Shown: positions 28,996 to 39,766 of the stretch, piece after piece | How the letters are laid out: each line of letters opens with the position of its first letter | Position numbering within the stretch: position 1 is the stretch's first letter | Source: an uncultured bacterium | GTDB taxonomy: Bacteria; CAYUVA01 | NCBI GenBank assembly: GCA_964448115.1 | Contig: CAYUVA010000019.1 | Coordinates: forward strand, 1-64,000 | Direction of reading: 5' to 3' | Length of the DNA stretch: 64,000 nt | The notes under the pieces: generated by a model | What the model was told of the DNA's origin: nothing | Seen by the model: the letters and a program-made list of their open reading frames with translations, nothing else | Databases searched by the model: none | Translations under genes and position numbers: made by a program

Positions 28996-31497
28996 ATGAA
29001 ACTAATAGGTAGATACACCCGGACAATAACGAGCTTATGTTTCCTGCTGATCTGCCTGGTATCAATAGCTTTATGCAAGCAGTCGATCGACCTGAAGCCT
29101 CAAAGCGGATTGGCGATAAAACCTGAAGCATTGTGGAAGACAGGACAACTAGGGGATAACCTCTGGATGTTACCTAATGGGCGGGCAATTGCGCCGTTAG
29201 GTAACAAGATCTGGTTGGATCGAATCCCGCTAGGCTTGGCGGTATCTTTGGATGGTAAATACATTGCAGTAACCAATGTTGGTCCCGGGGTTCGTCGCAT
29301 AACCTTGATCGATGCCCAGAGCGAAGAGATCCTGCAACAAGAGAGAGTCGAGCAACTTTACAACGGCATCATTTTCAGCCCGGATAGTCGCACCTTGTAC
29401 GCCTCTGGCGGCAGCGCCAATAAAATTTATGTCTATCAAAACTTACAGGGCTACCTCGCACCAAAGGCGCAGTGGGAGCTGGCGGGGGTGCCGACCGGCA
29501 TAGCCCTCTCTAGCGATGGTTCCAGGCTCTTCGTGGTAACCCAACTGACCCAAAGCTTATATGTTCTCGATGCCGATGATGGAGATATACTGGGGCAAAA
29601 GACCATGATCGGCGAGCAATATGGGGATCCATATATGGTTGCTGTAAGCCCAGATGGCAAGTATGCCTATGTTTCCTGTCAGCGAGGGGATATGGTAGCC
29701 TTCTTCGATGTCAGCGATCCTTCCCGCATATTAAAGACTTACGAGATCAAGGTCGGAAGATGGCCCGAGGCGCTGGAACTCTCTTCAGATGGCACCAGGC
29801 TATATGTAACCTGCACCGGCGAGGACACGGTGGAGGTCATTGACACGATTACCAAAAGACGGCTGGCAATACACGACCTCAGGCCCTATATTGATAGCGG
29901 CTACGGCAGCTACCCCAATGCACTTGCCTTCTCGCCGGATGGCAATCGGATCTACATCGCCCAGGCGAGCGACAACAAGGTCAGCGTTCTCGATCTAAAC
30001 AGCGGCGAGCTGATAGGAGCCATACCGGCAGGATGGTATCCCACTTCGGTCGCCATATCGCCTGATGGCAGAAAGTTCTATATCGCCAATGCAAAAGGGA
30101 TCGGATCGGGTCCAAAGACAGCAATTACCGGCATTGCAAATACATCATTTCTATCTATGGGAGACATTCCCTCAGACGATCAACTTGCCGAGTATGCGCA
30201 GATGATCCATAACTTCAATCACCTGCCCGGCAATCTATTCACCATTGACCAAGAAGGCTTTGAGAATCCCATTCCTCTTACCCGCGGTGGTGAGACGCCG
30301 ATAAGGCATGTATTTTTCGTGATCAGGGAAAACAAGACATACGATGCGTTGCTCGGGGATTATCCTGGGGGTGATGGCGAGCCGAGCATGTGCCTGGTCT
30401 GCGATGAGGTTACCGTGAACCTGAGAAGGCTAGTTACCGAGTTTGCCGCAGGGGATAACTATTATAGCAATGCTGATAACTCGCTGATGGGACATAGCAT
30501 AGTAACCAGCTCCATTGTATCCGATTTCGTGGAGAAGATGTGGCCTATGGATCGTAAGAAGTCCATAGAGCTAGATGTCTTCAAGAATCCATCGACCTTC
30601 CCCAAGAAGGATATGATCTTCCAGAATTGCCTGCGCCATAACATCGACTTCAAGGTCTATGGCGAGGCGGTAGGAGCTGGAAAGGACTGGTTAATCCTTG
30701 ATGAGAGGTATTTTAACTGGGGGCTTTATGATCCGCCCTTTTACTACATGTTTTCCAAGGATATCAACAAGATACAGGAGCGCATCGAGGACTGGGAGCA
30801 AAATGGATTGCCGACCTTCGTGCTCATGTTGCTACCGAATGACCATGCCTTCGGCGCAACCTATCCTTTTCCCACCTATAGGTCAATGGTTGCTGACAAC
30901 GACGAGGCGACCGGATACTTCATAGACTGGCTATCCAAGAGTCCTTACTGGGAGTCCTCGGTCGCTTTCATCATCGAGGATGATCCCCAGCAAGGACACG
31001 ATCATATTGATGCTCACCGCTCTTTGCTGCTGGTCGTTTCACCGTGGGTGAAGCGAGGCTACATGTCGCCGGTGCACTACTGCGAGGCTAACATCCATGC
31101 GACAATAGAGTACATACTAGGCATGGAGCCACTCTCCATATACGATAGCATCGCCCAGCCGATGTATGATCTATTCACCAATGAGCCTGATTTCTCGACC
31201 TTCGATTACACGCCGCGCACCTGGCCGGAGGAATATAATCCGCCAGGTACCAAGCACGCTGAGGCTAGCAAGGGGCTTAACTTCCTGGACCCGGACTCCG
31301 CCGAGGGATTACAGCAGATCATTGATGACTACAACAAGCATCTCAATATGCTCCAGCTTATTAGCCTTGAAAAAGCAGATATAGAAGAGCTACAAAGCCA
31401 GATGCCATATCACTGGAACCAGATATATCAGTGGGTATTAGAGATAAAACAAAAGCGGGACAAGGAAAACGAAAAGGAAAAAAAGATCCACAGATAA
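28996..31497 (+). CDS. Secreted YncE/YVTN beta-propeller fused to an alkaline-phosphatase-superfamily phosphoesterase
   Basis: LPNGR.I.P.G; repeated P..xA.SPDG; HVFFVIRENKTYD..LGD, LPNDH, VADND, IEDDPQ.G.DHIDAHRS. Confidence 0.87.
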   Translation: MKLIGRYTRTITSLCFLLICLVSIALCKQSIDLKPQSGLAIKPEALWKTGQLGDNLWMLPNGRAIAPLGNKIWLDRIPLGLAVSLDGKYIAVTNVGPGVRRITLIDAQSEEILQQERVEQLYNGIIFSPDSRTLYASGGSANKIYVYQNLQGYLAPKAQWELAGVPTGIALSSDGSRLFVVTQLTQSLYVLDADDGDILGQKTMIGEQYGDPYMVAVSPDGKYAYVSCQRGDMVAFFDVSDPSRILKTYEIKVGRWPEALELSSDGTRLYVTCTGEDTVEVIDTITKRRLAIHDLRPYIDSGYGSYPNALAFSPDGNRIYIAQASDNKVSVLDLNSGELIGAIPAGWYPTSVAISPDGRKFYIANAKGIGSGPKTAITGIANTSFLSMGDIPSDDQLAEYAQMIHNFNHLPGNLFTIDQEGFENPIPLTRGGETPIRHVFFVIRENKTYDALLGDYPGGDGEPSMCLVCDEVTVNLRRLVTEFAAGDNYYSNADNSLMGHSIVTSSIVSDFVEKMWPMDRKKSIELDVFKNPSTFPKKDMIFQNCLRHNIDFKVYGEAVGAGKDWLILDERYFNWGLYDPPFYYMFSKDINKIQERIEDWEQNGLPTFVLMLLPNDHAFGATYPFPTYRSMVADNDEATGYFIDWLSKSPYWESSVAFIIEDDPQQGHDHIDAHRSLLLVVSPWVKRGYMSPVHYCEANIHATIEYILGMEPLSIYDSIAQPMYDLFTNEPDFSTFDYTPRTWPEEYNPPGTKHAEASKGLNFLDPDSAEGLQQIIDDYNKHLNMLQLISLEKADIEELQSQMPYHWNQIYQWVLEIKQKRDKENEKEKKIHR

Positions 31498-31498
31498 A

Positions 31499-32035
31499 AT
31501 GATCATAAGATCGGATCATTACAGTGTATCGATAATATCCATGTGCATTCTAGGCACTTTGATCATAGTACCTGCCTGTAACCTGGCAGCCAAGAAGACG
31601 CCGAGCGATGCGCTGAATGACTTGATAAGATACTGCAAGGAAAAGGATTCAGCCAAGCTGGTTACCGTCATCAGCAGCGATTCTTTGCCGGTCATTGAGC
31701 GTTACCAGGAGATCTGCCATCAGCTACCCAGCGATAATATCCCCCCTGATCCAGTTAACCTGATAATGGATCAGTTCAGTGAGTATGACCCTTTGGTTAT
31801 ATCAGAGAGGATCGGAGAGGACGGAAGCGCAGTGCTTCATGTCATCTATGCCGATGGCATGGACGCAAAGCTGTACTTTGTCAGGGAAGATGGTACATGG
31901 CGCTGGAACCTGGCGCGAGAGCTTTCTCCGACGGTGGAGCTTATGGAGGCATACCTGGATCGCTATAATAGCTTCCATGAAGCAAAGGCGAGCGGAGATG
32001 TTGATAAGCTGCCTTCATTAGAGGACGAAGATTGA
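31499..32035 (+). CDS. Hypothetical lipoprotein
   Basis: Hydrophobic N-terminus ending VPAC; C-terminal FVREDGTWRW. Confidence 0.65.
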   Translation: MIIRSDHYSVSIISMCILGTLIIVPACNLAAKKTPSDALNDLIRYCKEKDSAKLVTVISSDSLPVIERYQEICHQLPSDNIPPDPVNLIMDQFSEYDPLVISERIGEDGSAVLHVIYADGMDAKLYFVREDGTWRWNLARELSPTVELMEAYLDRYNSFHEAKASGDVDKLPSLEDED

Positions 32036-32074
32036 GGAAATATATTTTACAATATAGAAATAATACCTGTCAAA

Positions 32075-33163
32075 ATGGAAAGGAGAAGTAGTAAAATGAA
32101 AAACTTTTTTTCCATTGTTTCGATTATCTTTCTTTCTATCTGTATGGCTTGTACAGGCGTTTATGCCTGGGGACCCTCGACACATAATGCTATAGCCCTG
32201 GCTGCGAAGAGCATTGTCGAGGAGAGCGACAATATAATGGACTGGGAACTATACGATGTAATCGAACGCTTCCCCGGCGCATACAAGGCAGGCTCGATAT
32301 TCCCCGATACCATGCTGGTTCACGCAAGGCAGATGGCTTTCTGGATACACCACCTTGAGTTTATCGATATCGAGACCAACTATTTCCTGGATAACTTCAG
32401 TGCCCCTTATAATGATGAGGCTTTGCGCATCTTGTGCCACTTCATGGGCACTACCACCCACATCATCGCAGATAATCGCTGGCATGGGGACTCGGAGCAT
32501 CCTTATACTGCCCTGCATCAATGCATCGAGAACGACCTTCCAGGCAATCCGCTCGCCGAGAGCATAATTGAGGCTGGTATCGACCTCTTTACTCAGCGAT
32601 ATGATCTTCATGGCGATGATGACCTGTCCGGATGGTTCATCCCGGCGGTTCACCTTGAGAAGATCTGTCGCGATAATGGATGGGGCGAGGAGGCTGATGT
32701 GAATAGGTTCGTGGAGAACACTCAATTCATCAATGTTGCGGTATGGTTTACCGATCAACTATGGGAGTACATCTTCGATGCAGCAAGGATAGTATTACCC
32801 TGGACACACGATCACTACAGGGAGCTACCTTATGGCGGATTGTTCGATGTCTTCGATGCCAGCGCAGCTCGAATCTCAGAGGAATGGGTGAAGATAAATA
32901 TATACCAAGACCTGTGGGCAAAAGGCTCATCGGCAACACTTATGCCTGGAAACCTTAATTATCGGCAACTAATGCTTCATCATAACCATCGCCACCATCA
33001 CTTTGCTGGATGCAACATCCCATTTTTCGACAAGGCGATAACTGCCCTTGAGCGAGGGATAATTAGGCAGGAAGTCTATCCGGTACCGGGGGGCTATGAG
33101 CTAGGTAATATCGAGATCATCGACGCTGAGGGTCTTGCTGACCTTTTAAGCGAATACCTTTAG
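32075..33163 (+). CDS. Secreted zinc-dependent phospholipase C family protein
   Basis: Signal peptide then W-G-x-x-T-H; GSIFPD, H..H, HIIAD..WH, E..ID. Confidence 0.8.
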   Translation: MERRSSKMKNFFSIVSIIFLSICMACTGVYAWGPSTHNAIALAAKSIVEESDNIMDWELYDVIERFPGAYKAGSIFPDTMLVHARQMAFWIHHLEFIDIETNYFLDNFSAPYNDEALRILCHFMGTTTHIIADNRWHGDSEHPYTALHQCIENDLPGNPLAESIIEAGIDLFTQRYDLHGDDDLSGWFIPAVHLEKICRDNGWGEEADVNRFVENTQFINVAVWFTDQLWEYIFDAARIVLPWTHDHYRELPYGGLFDVFDASAARISEEWVKINIYQDLWAKGSSATLMPGNLNYRQLMLHHNHRHHHFAGCNIPFFDKAITALERGIIRQEVYPVPGGYELGNIEIIDAEGLADLLSEYL

Positions 33164-36100
33164 ACTAAATGCAAATGCCTTAGGAACACGAAAAACTCGG
33201 CATTACCAGACATTTGCTGAAAAGCTGTAAATACATCCTTGGGATCTTTATATGTCATTCCCTGGTATTTGAATTTATCCAATAATGTATCGATTCGCCT
33301 TGCATCTGCAAGTAGAAACCCAGGATATCCAGCTATTATTTTCTCACAACCACTTATCAGTTCCTCATTCTCATTAGCGATCCTGTCAAACGCTCGCCTA
33401 AGATTACCGGGGTCGATGATCAGCAGTTCATTACCCGCGCTTGCGCTTATGGAGTAAGCTACCTTTCCATGCGCGGCAGCGATGGCAAACAGCCAATGAT
33501 CATGCTGTCCTGATGTGCATTTTAAGATCGGCTCAAAGCCCGTATTCAGGCATTTAATTGCATCCGGACAACGAATCATCCGTTTGCTTACATGGTATGC
33601 CAATGGGTAGAGCGCCAGCAGGTGAATATCCGCCTCATGTTGGAGATTAGAGCCAATGACATATAAAAGAAAACCATCTTTGTACGGAAGCAAACTCCAT
33701 TGATAATATCTACTTGAGTTTGGGTCATAGCCGGTAACATTGATGATTATCTCGAACCTGTCCGCAAGGCTCTCCAGGGTTGTTTCCCTGGCTTGGACAA
33801 TATAGGAAAATAATGGATTTACCTTGAAATCATACTCTACCGATGTTGAGTTATCCTTGGCCACCCGTTCGGCAAGGCTCAATAGTTTACGCCCCAGCTC
33901 ATCATCATTCATATCATCGCCTATAAATATGAGATCCTCCTGGGTGTCAGCTTCATCGTCCTGATAATCTGTATCAATAATTTCCTGCACGGTGTCTGAT
34001 GAAGTTTCAGCGGTCTCATCAGCGAACAAATCTGCCAACCTTCCAAGCCCGATGAGTAAAGGCTGGCTAAAAAAACGCTCCCTTTGATCCTCATCAGCAA
34101 GTGTGGACGCAGATTTTATCGAGCTGCTTATTGCATCTTGAGTCTTTTCGATGGCTCTTTTTTTATCCCCCTTATGATAGCGCACCAATGCCTCGACATA
34201 GTAAAGGTAAACGGCGAGAACGCCTGTATTATTATCATTACCGATCGGCTCATATAAATCTTCGATCATGTTCAACAGCATATCGAGAAAGGTTGCGTGC
34301 TCATGGACTGGGTAATCCGGGGACAATATATGATCTAAGCATAAAAGCCATGACCAAAGGTTTTCCCTTGACAAATGAGCGAATAGTCCTAGCTCTGTGA
34401 TCAGTTGTTCTGTATCCCTTTGTGCGATCTTAGGATCTTGATGATAATCATCGAGCCAAAGAAGCCGTTTGATCGTGTTTACTCTGGCTGCAAATGCTGA
34501 TCTTATCATAGAATTTAATGAAGCTCGCAGCTTTCCCAGACGCTTCCTTTGTCCAAGCAGGCTTTGAGCCATTAACAGGGCGATTTGAAGGCTTTGCGCC
34601 CTGAAACCTGTGCCTTCAAGTGAACTCAGTTGTTCCCCTGTCTCAAACTCCGCTTCTTCGAACCTTCCAAGCCAGATAGCGGCTTCTATGGACGAAATGA
34701 TGCTATTCAAACAAAGAAGCCTTTCACCAAGCTCCTCGCTCAGGTTCTTAGCTTGGTTAATGTCATCCTCTGCAGCCTTGAGATCCCCTGTCAAGAGACT
34801 GATATAGCCCTGGTTTATAAGGTTAGTAACCTTGGCTCGCGGATTCATCGCCTTATCAAGCAGCTCATTGCAATGCTCAACATGCTTGCTAGCACTTTTT
34901 ATATCCAACTCATCGATATATACCTGTGCCCGATGAGCATGACATAAAGCCTGCCAGGTAACTGATTTGATCGATACTGCTAGACTCATCGCCTCATCGA
35001 AGGAGGTATCTGCAAGCTCCAATTCGTCGTTATCATAGTATAAGGAAGCTAGCTCTATGAGCGCTTTTATCTGCTGTTCATAGAGCTTGTTTTCGATTGC
35101 GGAGCGGTGAGCCTGTTTGAGTCGCTTCAAGGCTTGGGCTTGATCAAGCCCTAATGATGCGATCACTCCCAGGTTGATGTTGGCGGTAACCTGGCATGAT
35201 ATATCTTGTGCCTTATGTGCATGCTCCAGCGATCTTGCGAAATACTGGCTCGCTTGCCCCAGATCCCCCTGCAACGAGTAGAGGTTGCCGATGTTCAGGG
35301 TAAGCCTGGCAATTAGCGATGGATCATTCGCCTTGTCGGACATATCAAGCGCCATTTTATATGCCTCTATCGCTTCTTCTGTCCTCCCCATGGTTGTATA
35401 TATATATCCCATGTTGCCATGAGCGCGCGCCAGGGCAACAGAATCCCCGGTTCGCTCAGCAATAATGCGAATCTCCTCCAGATCGGCAAGCGCGTGCTCC
35501 CCATCACCTATCTTAAAATATACCTCGGCGCGGCGATTGAGGATTTGCAGCCTTTTGTCAACCAGGCTTGGAGCATCTCCGATATGATCAATGCAATTGA
35601 TAGCATAGGAAAAATAATCGATAGAGCCTGGATGGTCATAAAGCTGAAGGCTCTTTTCGGCAGCGAGCAGGCTGTAATCGAGCGCCTTGTGGTAGTCCTC
35701 TGATGTGTAAAAATGCCGGCAAAGCTCGAAGATATGGTCGTCGATATCATCTTTGTATAAGCGCTCGATGAGTCTCCCAGCGCGGCGATGCAGCATGATC
35801 TTTTCATGGAGCTGAAGGTTCTTGTGCAGCAGGTCTTTGAGCTTCCCATGCTTGAATACGAAGACATCCCTTCCTAGCTGTCTGGCATCGGAGATGAAAT
35901 TCCCCTGCTTGAGACCGTTGATCATCTTGAAGGCAGCTACTCCCTCTAAACCAAGATACTCCTGGAGCATCTCAAATGACGGATTCTTACCCAGAACGCT
36001 CATGAAAAGAAGCAATTGGCGCTGCTCGTCAGGCAGCCTTTGCAAACGAGCAAGCAGGATCTTATCCAGGGAGGTTTCAGTCTCCAGCGAATCGATCTTT

Positions 36101-37815
36101 ACAGCTAGTTCCCATCGGTTGCGACTTCTTACAAGAACATCCCGATCAACCAGGTTCTGCATCAGCTCCAGAATGAAAAGAGGTTTACCGCTCGTATCAT
36201 CGAGTATCCTGGGAGCAAGAACCGAAAGCTGGGGTATATCACCGATCAACTCCTTGATGAACTCGCTGGTCAACACGAGATCGAATGGCTTTAGCTCGAT
36301 GACCTTTACCAGCCTCGATATCGATGGGCGTCGCCAGAACTCCATGTCTATCCGGCTAGTGTTTTCGATATGTGCCTCGTCGCTATCATAGGTGCCAAGA
36401 ATAAGGACAGATAATCCTTGATAGGCTCGCTGGTCATCTGTGAGTGTTGTCTGAATAGCCTCTTGCAGAAGATAATGCTCGAAAAAACGTATCGACTGGG
36501 GATCGAGAAGCTGCAGGTCATCGAGAAAAATGACCACTGGATATTGGCGAATTCCATCCCTAAGAACCGATCCAAGACCCTCGTTGATCCACTCAATACG
36601 CCTATCGAAGTCATCGGGTACGATGCTTTCATCGAATTCAACAGTATGTTTGATTTCTGGCAGTAAGACTGACAAAGCGCCTAGTGGCTGGGGATCAAGG
36701 TTCTCTAGTTGGATGCGTTCAAGCCGTAACATCTCCCTAAAAAGCTGGATCAATGGTAGAAACGGGGAGCTGGCTGCTGCGCCGAGATCGATCCTGTAAA
36801 ACTGGATTCTATTCAACTGACAGTGGATCTTGAATTCCTCGGCTATACGCGTCTTCCCGACTCCTAGCTCCCCTTCCATGATTACTAGTGAGCTTGATGG
36901 GGAGCGAACCATCTTGCCTTGTAAACACCCCTTCAAGGTCTCGAACTGAGGTTGCCTATCAACCATTCGGGCAGTAAGCACTATCCTCTCCGGCTTGGGG
37001 AGGGAGATTCCATACTCCGAGCCGATCGCAGAATCGAGATCCTGAAGCACCTCAAAACAAAAATGATATCTCTCCCGAGGATTGACTGCCAAGAGTCGAG
37101 CAATAATACCTTCAACGCTACGGGGAATCCAATCCACGATTCTTGATGGTGATATGTATTCTCCAAGAACTTGCTTGCGAAATACCTCGCCGACATCATC
37201 ACCGTAAAACGGCTTGTATCCGGTTACAAGCTCATAGAAGATAACCCCCAGAGAATAAAGATCGCTGGCAGCCGAGGTCGCTTCCCCTTGCAGCACCTCC
37301 GGAGCTATGTAGCCAATGGTTCCACGCACCTTCTGTTGCGTCCTGAGATCGACACTCCCCACTAGACCGAAGTCCATTAACATGGTGCGTTGAGGTGTCC
37401 TTATTACATTAGCTGGCTTGATATCACGGTGCAGTAGCCCCCTTGTGTGAATAAAATCTATTGCATAGAGGAGGTGCGCTATCATCTCAATGCAAAGGGG
37501 GAATTCGACCTTGCCGACAAGCATATTCAACGGATCTCCATCCACATATTCCATTGTAAAATAAGGTGTGGTTTTATCGAGATATCCGAAGTCATAAGCG
37601 CGGGCTATATATTCATACTTAAGTTCGGCGAGCACCTTGAATTCGCGCTCAAAGCGATGGAGTTCGCCTGCTTTTACCAGGCGAGTATCCAGGATTTTAA
37701 GCGCCACGGTTCGGTCTTTCAGGGTATCACGACACTTATAGACCGTGCCCATACCGCCCTTGCCGAGAAGCTTCTCAACCTGGTAACGGTTGTCGATAAC
37801 CTTGGGTGAATCCAT
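33160..37815 (-). CDS. Ser/Thr kinase - AAA ATPase - TPR protein with degenerate SpoIIE-like C-terminus
   Basis: GKGGMG, VALK, HRDIKPAN, DFG, APE; Walker A GELGVGKT, Walker B IFLDDLQ, GKPLFILE; TPR array. Confidence 0.88.
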   Translation of the reverse strand: MDSPKVIDNRYQVEKLLGKGGMGTVYKCRDTLKDRTVALKILDTRLVKAGELHRFEREFKVLAELKYEYIARAYDFGYLDKTTPYFTMEYVDGDPLNMLVGKVEFPLCIEMIAHLLYAIDFIHTRGLLHRDIKPANVIRTPQRTMLMDFGLVGSVDLRTQQKVRGTIGYIAPEVLQGEATSAASDLYSLGVIFYELVTGYKPFYGDDVGEVFRKQVLGEYISPSRIVDWIPRSVEGIIARLLAVNPRERYHFCFEVLQDLDSAIGSEYGISLPKPERIVLTARMVDRQPQFETLKGCLQGKMVRSPSSSLVIMEGELGVGKTRIAEEFKIHCQLNRIQFYRIDLGAAASSPFLPLIQLFREMLRLERIQLENLDPQPLGALSVLLPEIKHTVEFDESIVPDDFDRRIEWINEGLGSVLRDGIRQYPVVIFLDDLQLLDPQSIRFFEHYLLQEAIQTTLTDDQRAYQGLSVLILGTYDSDEAHIENTSRIDMEFWRRPSISRLVKVIELKPFDLVLTSEFIKELIGDIPQLSVLAPRILDDTSGKPLFILELMQNLVDRDVLVRSRNRWELAVKIDSLETETSLDKILLARLQRLPDEQRQLLLFMSVLGKNPSFEMLQEYLGLEGVAAFKMINGLKQGNFISDARQLGRDVFVFKHGKLKDLLHKNLQLHEKIMLHRRAGRLIERLYKDDIDDHIFELCRHFYTSEDYHKALDYSLLAAEKSLQLYDHPGSIDYFSYAINCIDHIGDAPSLVDKRLQILNRRAEVYFKIGDGEHALADLEEIRIIAERTGDSVALARAHGNMGYIYTTMGRTEEAIEAYKMALDMSDKANDPSLIARLTLNIGNLYSLQGDLGQASQYFARSLEHAHKAQDISCQVTANINLGVIASLGLDQAQALKRLKQAHRSAIENKLYEQQIKALIELASLYYDNDELELADTSFDEAMSLAVSIKSVTWQALCHAHRAQVYIDELDIKSASKHVEHCNELLDKAMNPRAKVTNLINQGYISLLTGDLKAAEDDINQAKNLSEELGERLLCLNSIISSIEAAIWLGRFEEAEFETGEQLSSLEGTGFRAQSLQIALLMAQSLLGQRKRLGKLRASLNSMIRSAFAARVNTIKRLLWLDDYHQDPKIAQRDTEQLITELGLFAHLSRENLWSWLLCLDHILSPDYPVHEHATFLDMLLNMIEDLYEPIGNDNNTGVLAVYLYYVEALVRYHKGDKKRAIEKTQDAISSSIKSASTLADEDQRERFFSQPLLIGLGRLADLFADETAETSSDTVQEIIDTDYQDDEADTQEDLIFIGDDMNDDELGRKLLSLAERVAKDNSTSVEYDFKVNPLFSYIVQARETTLESLADRFEIIINVTGYDPNSSRYYQWSLLPYKDGFLLYVIGSNLQHEADIHLLALYPLAYHVSKRMIRCPDAIKCLNTGFEPILKCTSGQHDHWLFAIAAAHGKVAYSISASAGNELLIIDPGNLRRAFDRIANENEELISGCEKIIAGYPGFLLADARRIDTLLDKFKYQGMTYKDPKDVFTAFQQMSGNAEFFVFLRHLHLV

Positions 37816-37820
37816 TATGC

Positions 37821-39452
37821 CTAGTTAACGGTGAGGTAAGGAAAACTGCCAATGATATTCCATGATTGGTCGTAACCATTAAGCTCAAGCAGCGTTTGAG
37901 ATGGTATGACCGAGGTTTCGCTAGCGGAAAGATTCAACTGTAACCCGAATATACCATCTCCAGCCCCGTAATCACCTTGGGAACCGTTATCGAACAGGTA
38001 GATATCGGTTGCATCCCCCTGGTAAAATATCTCCACCTGTTTAATATTCGTATTAGCAGCAAATGCGAGCATACTGAGCATCCCTCGTTCACCCTTGCTT
38101 AGCCTTGTATTCCAGTATCCTGCGAGCATGTATGAGAATTTCGGCGCTTGTTGCGTGGCGGTAGGGCTTGGGGTATAGGTGTGATCCGGCGTCGGCGTGA
38201 TGGTCGGAGATGGTCTCGGAGTCGGTGTGTTGGTGGCTGCGCCGTATTTTGTGATCGTAAATTCGTCCAAGACCTCTCCTCTTTCGCTCTGGATAGCCTT
38301 CAGGTTCAATATCCCCGCCTTGTCTATGCTCACCTTGCAAAGATTGTACTCTTTCTTCTTGGTGGCGATGTAATAGTCGGGACCAACATCGGAAAGCCCC
38401 CTTCCACCACCGCCGGTTACCACATAGATAATGCCCTCCGGCTCATCGTAGAGGTTCTGGTTGCTATCGGTTACCATGTTCTCCTTGAGGGGGAATGTTC
38501 GCTCGTAGAAGTGCTCATGGGCGCTGAAGACCACATCGACACCATGCTCCTCGAACAAGGGCACCAGGTGCTGCTGAATCTGCTCATTTCCACCCTGGTG
38601 GATATAGGGGCTGTGGTGCATATATACGATGATCCAATGGGTAAGGGGATCAATGCTGGCGAAATAGAGGTCGTTATTCAGCCAGTCGTACTGCTCCGAG
38701 GCTTGCTCAAAGGGGCTTAGAGTATCCAGAGCCACGAAGTGCACCTGTCCCCAGTCGAAGCTGTACCACTGCTCGTTGCCGGGAAGAATGAACCTGCCAT
38801 GGAAGCTGGTATATCCGAGATCGTTGCCCCAGATGTCCTCCTCTCTGTCCTCGTCTCCTTTGCAAGGCAACAAGGGTGCGATGGAGGAAAGGGGCTGTAT
38901 CATGTTCAGGTAAAGATCCCATTGGAAAAGGTATGGAGAGACGCAGGCAACATCGCCAGCGATGAGGTGAAGAGCGGTATTCGCCTGTGTAGCTCGGTTG
39001 ACCGCCGATGATGCCGGCACCGAGAAGCCGTGGGAGCCAAAGATGGTGAAAACGAAATCATCCGCATAATCTGGCGCTGTCTTGAAGACTCCCTCCTCGC
39101 TCCAGCCACCTTGATCGTTCCCACAGACATAATAATAGGTCGTATTGGGCATAAGCCCGGTTAACTCAGCAAAGTTGATCCAGACATCGCTCACATTAGG
39201 AGCTGGATACTTGTTGCCTAACGCCTGCCTGGTATATTCGCCGCTCGCCAAGCCCGCCTTGACATAAGGTGCATAATCTCCTCTGGTAGTCTCCCAGGTT
39301 ATGATCATAGTTCGGCTCGGATCTGTCTTGAAGGAGAGCCGAATATGAGCCGGCAGATCCGCAGCATAAACGACTCCGCACCCTACCAGTATCGATATAC
39401 AAAGCGACAGGAACCCTCTGCTCCAGCATTCCTCAGCCTTTGTCAGGTTCAA
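37821..39452 (-). CDS. Secreted purple acid phosphatase-like metallophosphoesterase with altered metal motifs, Pro/Thr linker and unnamed C-terminal domain
   Basis: FN3-like PAP_N (LTGLMPNTTYYY), WYSFDWG.VHFVALD, QYDWL..DL, H.H.YER, YVVTGGGG. Confidence 0.85.
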   Translation of the reverse strand: MNLTKAEECWSRGFLSLCISILVGCGVVYAADLPAHIRLSFKTDPSRTMIITWETTRGDYAPYVKAGLASGEYTRQALGNKYPAPNVSDVWINFAELTGLMPNTTYYYVCGNDQGGWSEEGVFKTAPDYADDFVFTIFGSHGFSVPASSAVNRATQANTALHLIAGDVACVSPYLFQWDLYLNMIQPLSSIAPLLPCKGDEDREEDIWGNDLGYTSFHGRFILPGNEQWYSFDWGQVHFVALDTLSPFEQASEQYDWLNNDLYFASIDPLTHWIIVYMHHSPYIHQGGNEQIQQHLVPLFEEHGVDVVFSAHEHFYERTFPLKENMVTDSNQNLYDEPEGIIYVVTGGGGRGLSDVGPDYYIATKKKEYNLCKVSIDKAGILNLKAIQSERGEVLDEFTITKYGAATNTPTPRPSPTITPTPDHTYTPSPTATQQAPKFSYMLAGYWNTRLSKGERGMLSMLAFAANTNIKQVEIFYQGDATDIYLFDNGSQGDYGAGDGIFGLQLNLSASETSVIPSQTLLELNGYDQSWNIIGSFPYLTVN

Positions 39453-39766
39453 TTTATTACCTCCCAGAAGGCAACTTGCTGATCATATATCATAGTCGAT
39501 GATTTTTTTCGAGGATGTTATCTCCATATTTCTGCAACTTTTTCAACCGCCAGGGTACATTGATGCAAAGTTTCACCGAGGATCTTCTTTGTTATCTTGT
39601 AACTTCAGGGTTAGAAGACCTCGCATCCATTCTTTGACATTATTTTAAAGGTTGGGTATGTAATATATTGCTATGTATCAGGAAGTGATCTCTATAGGGC
39701 TAGCACCCTTTGTAAATAATGCCTTTTTCAATAACACAAAACCTCATTCATCTAGGAGAGATAGCC

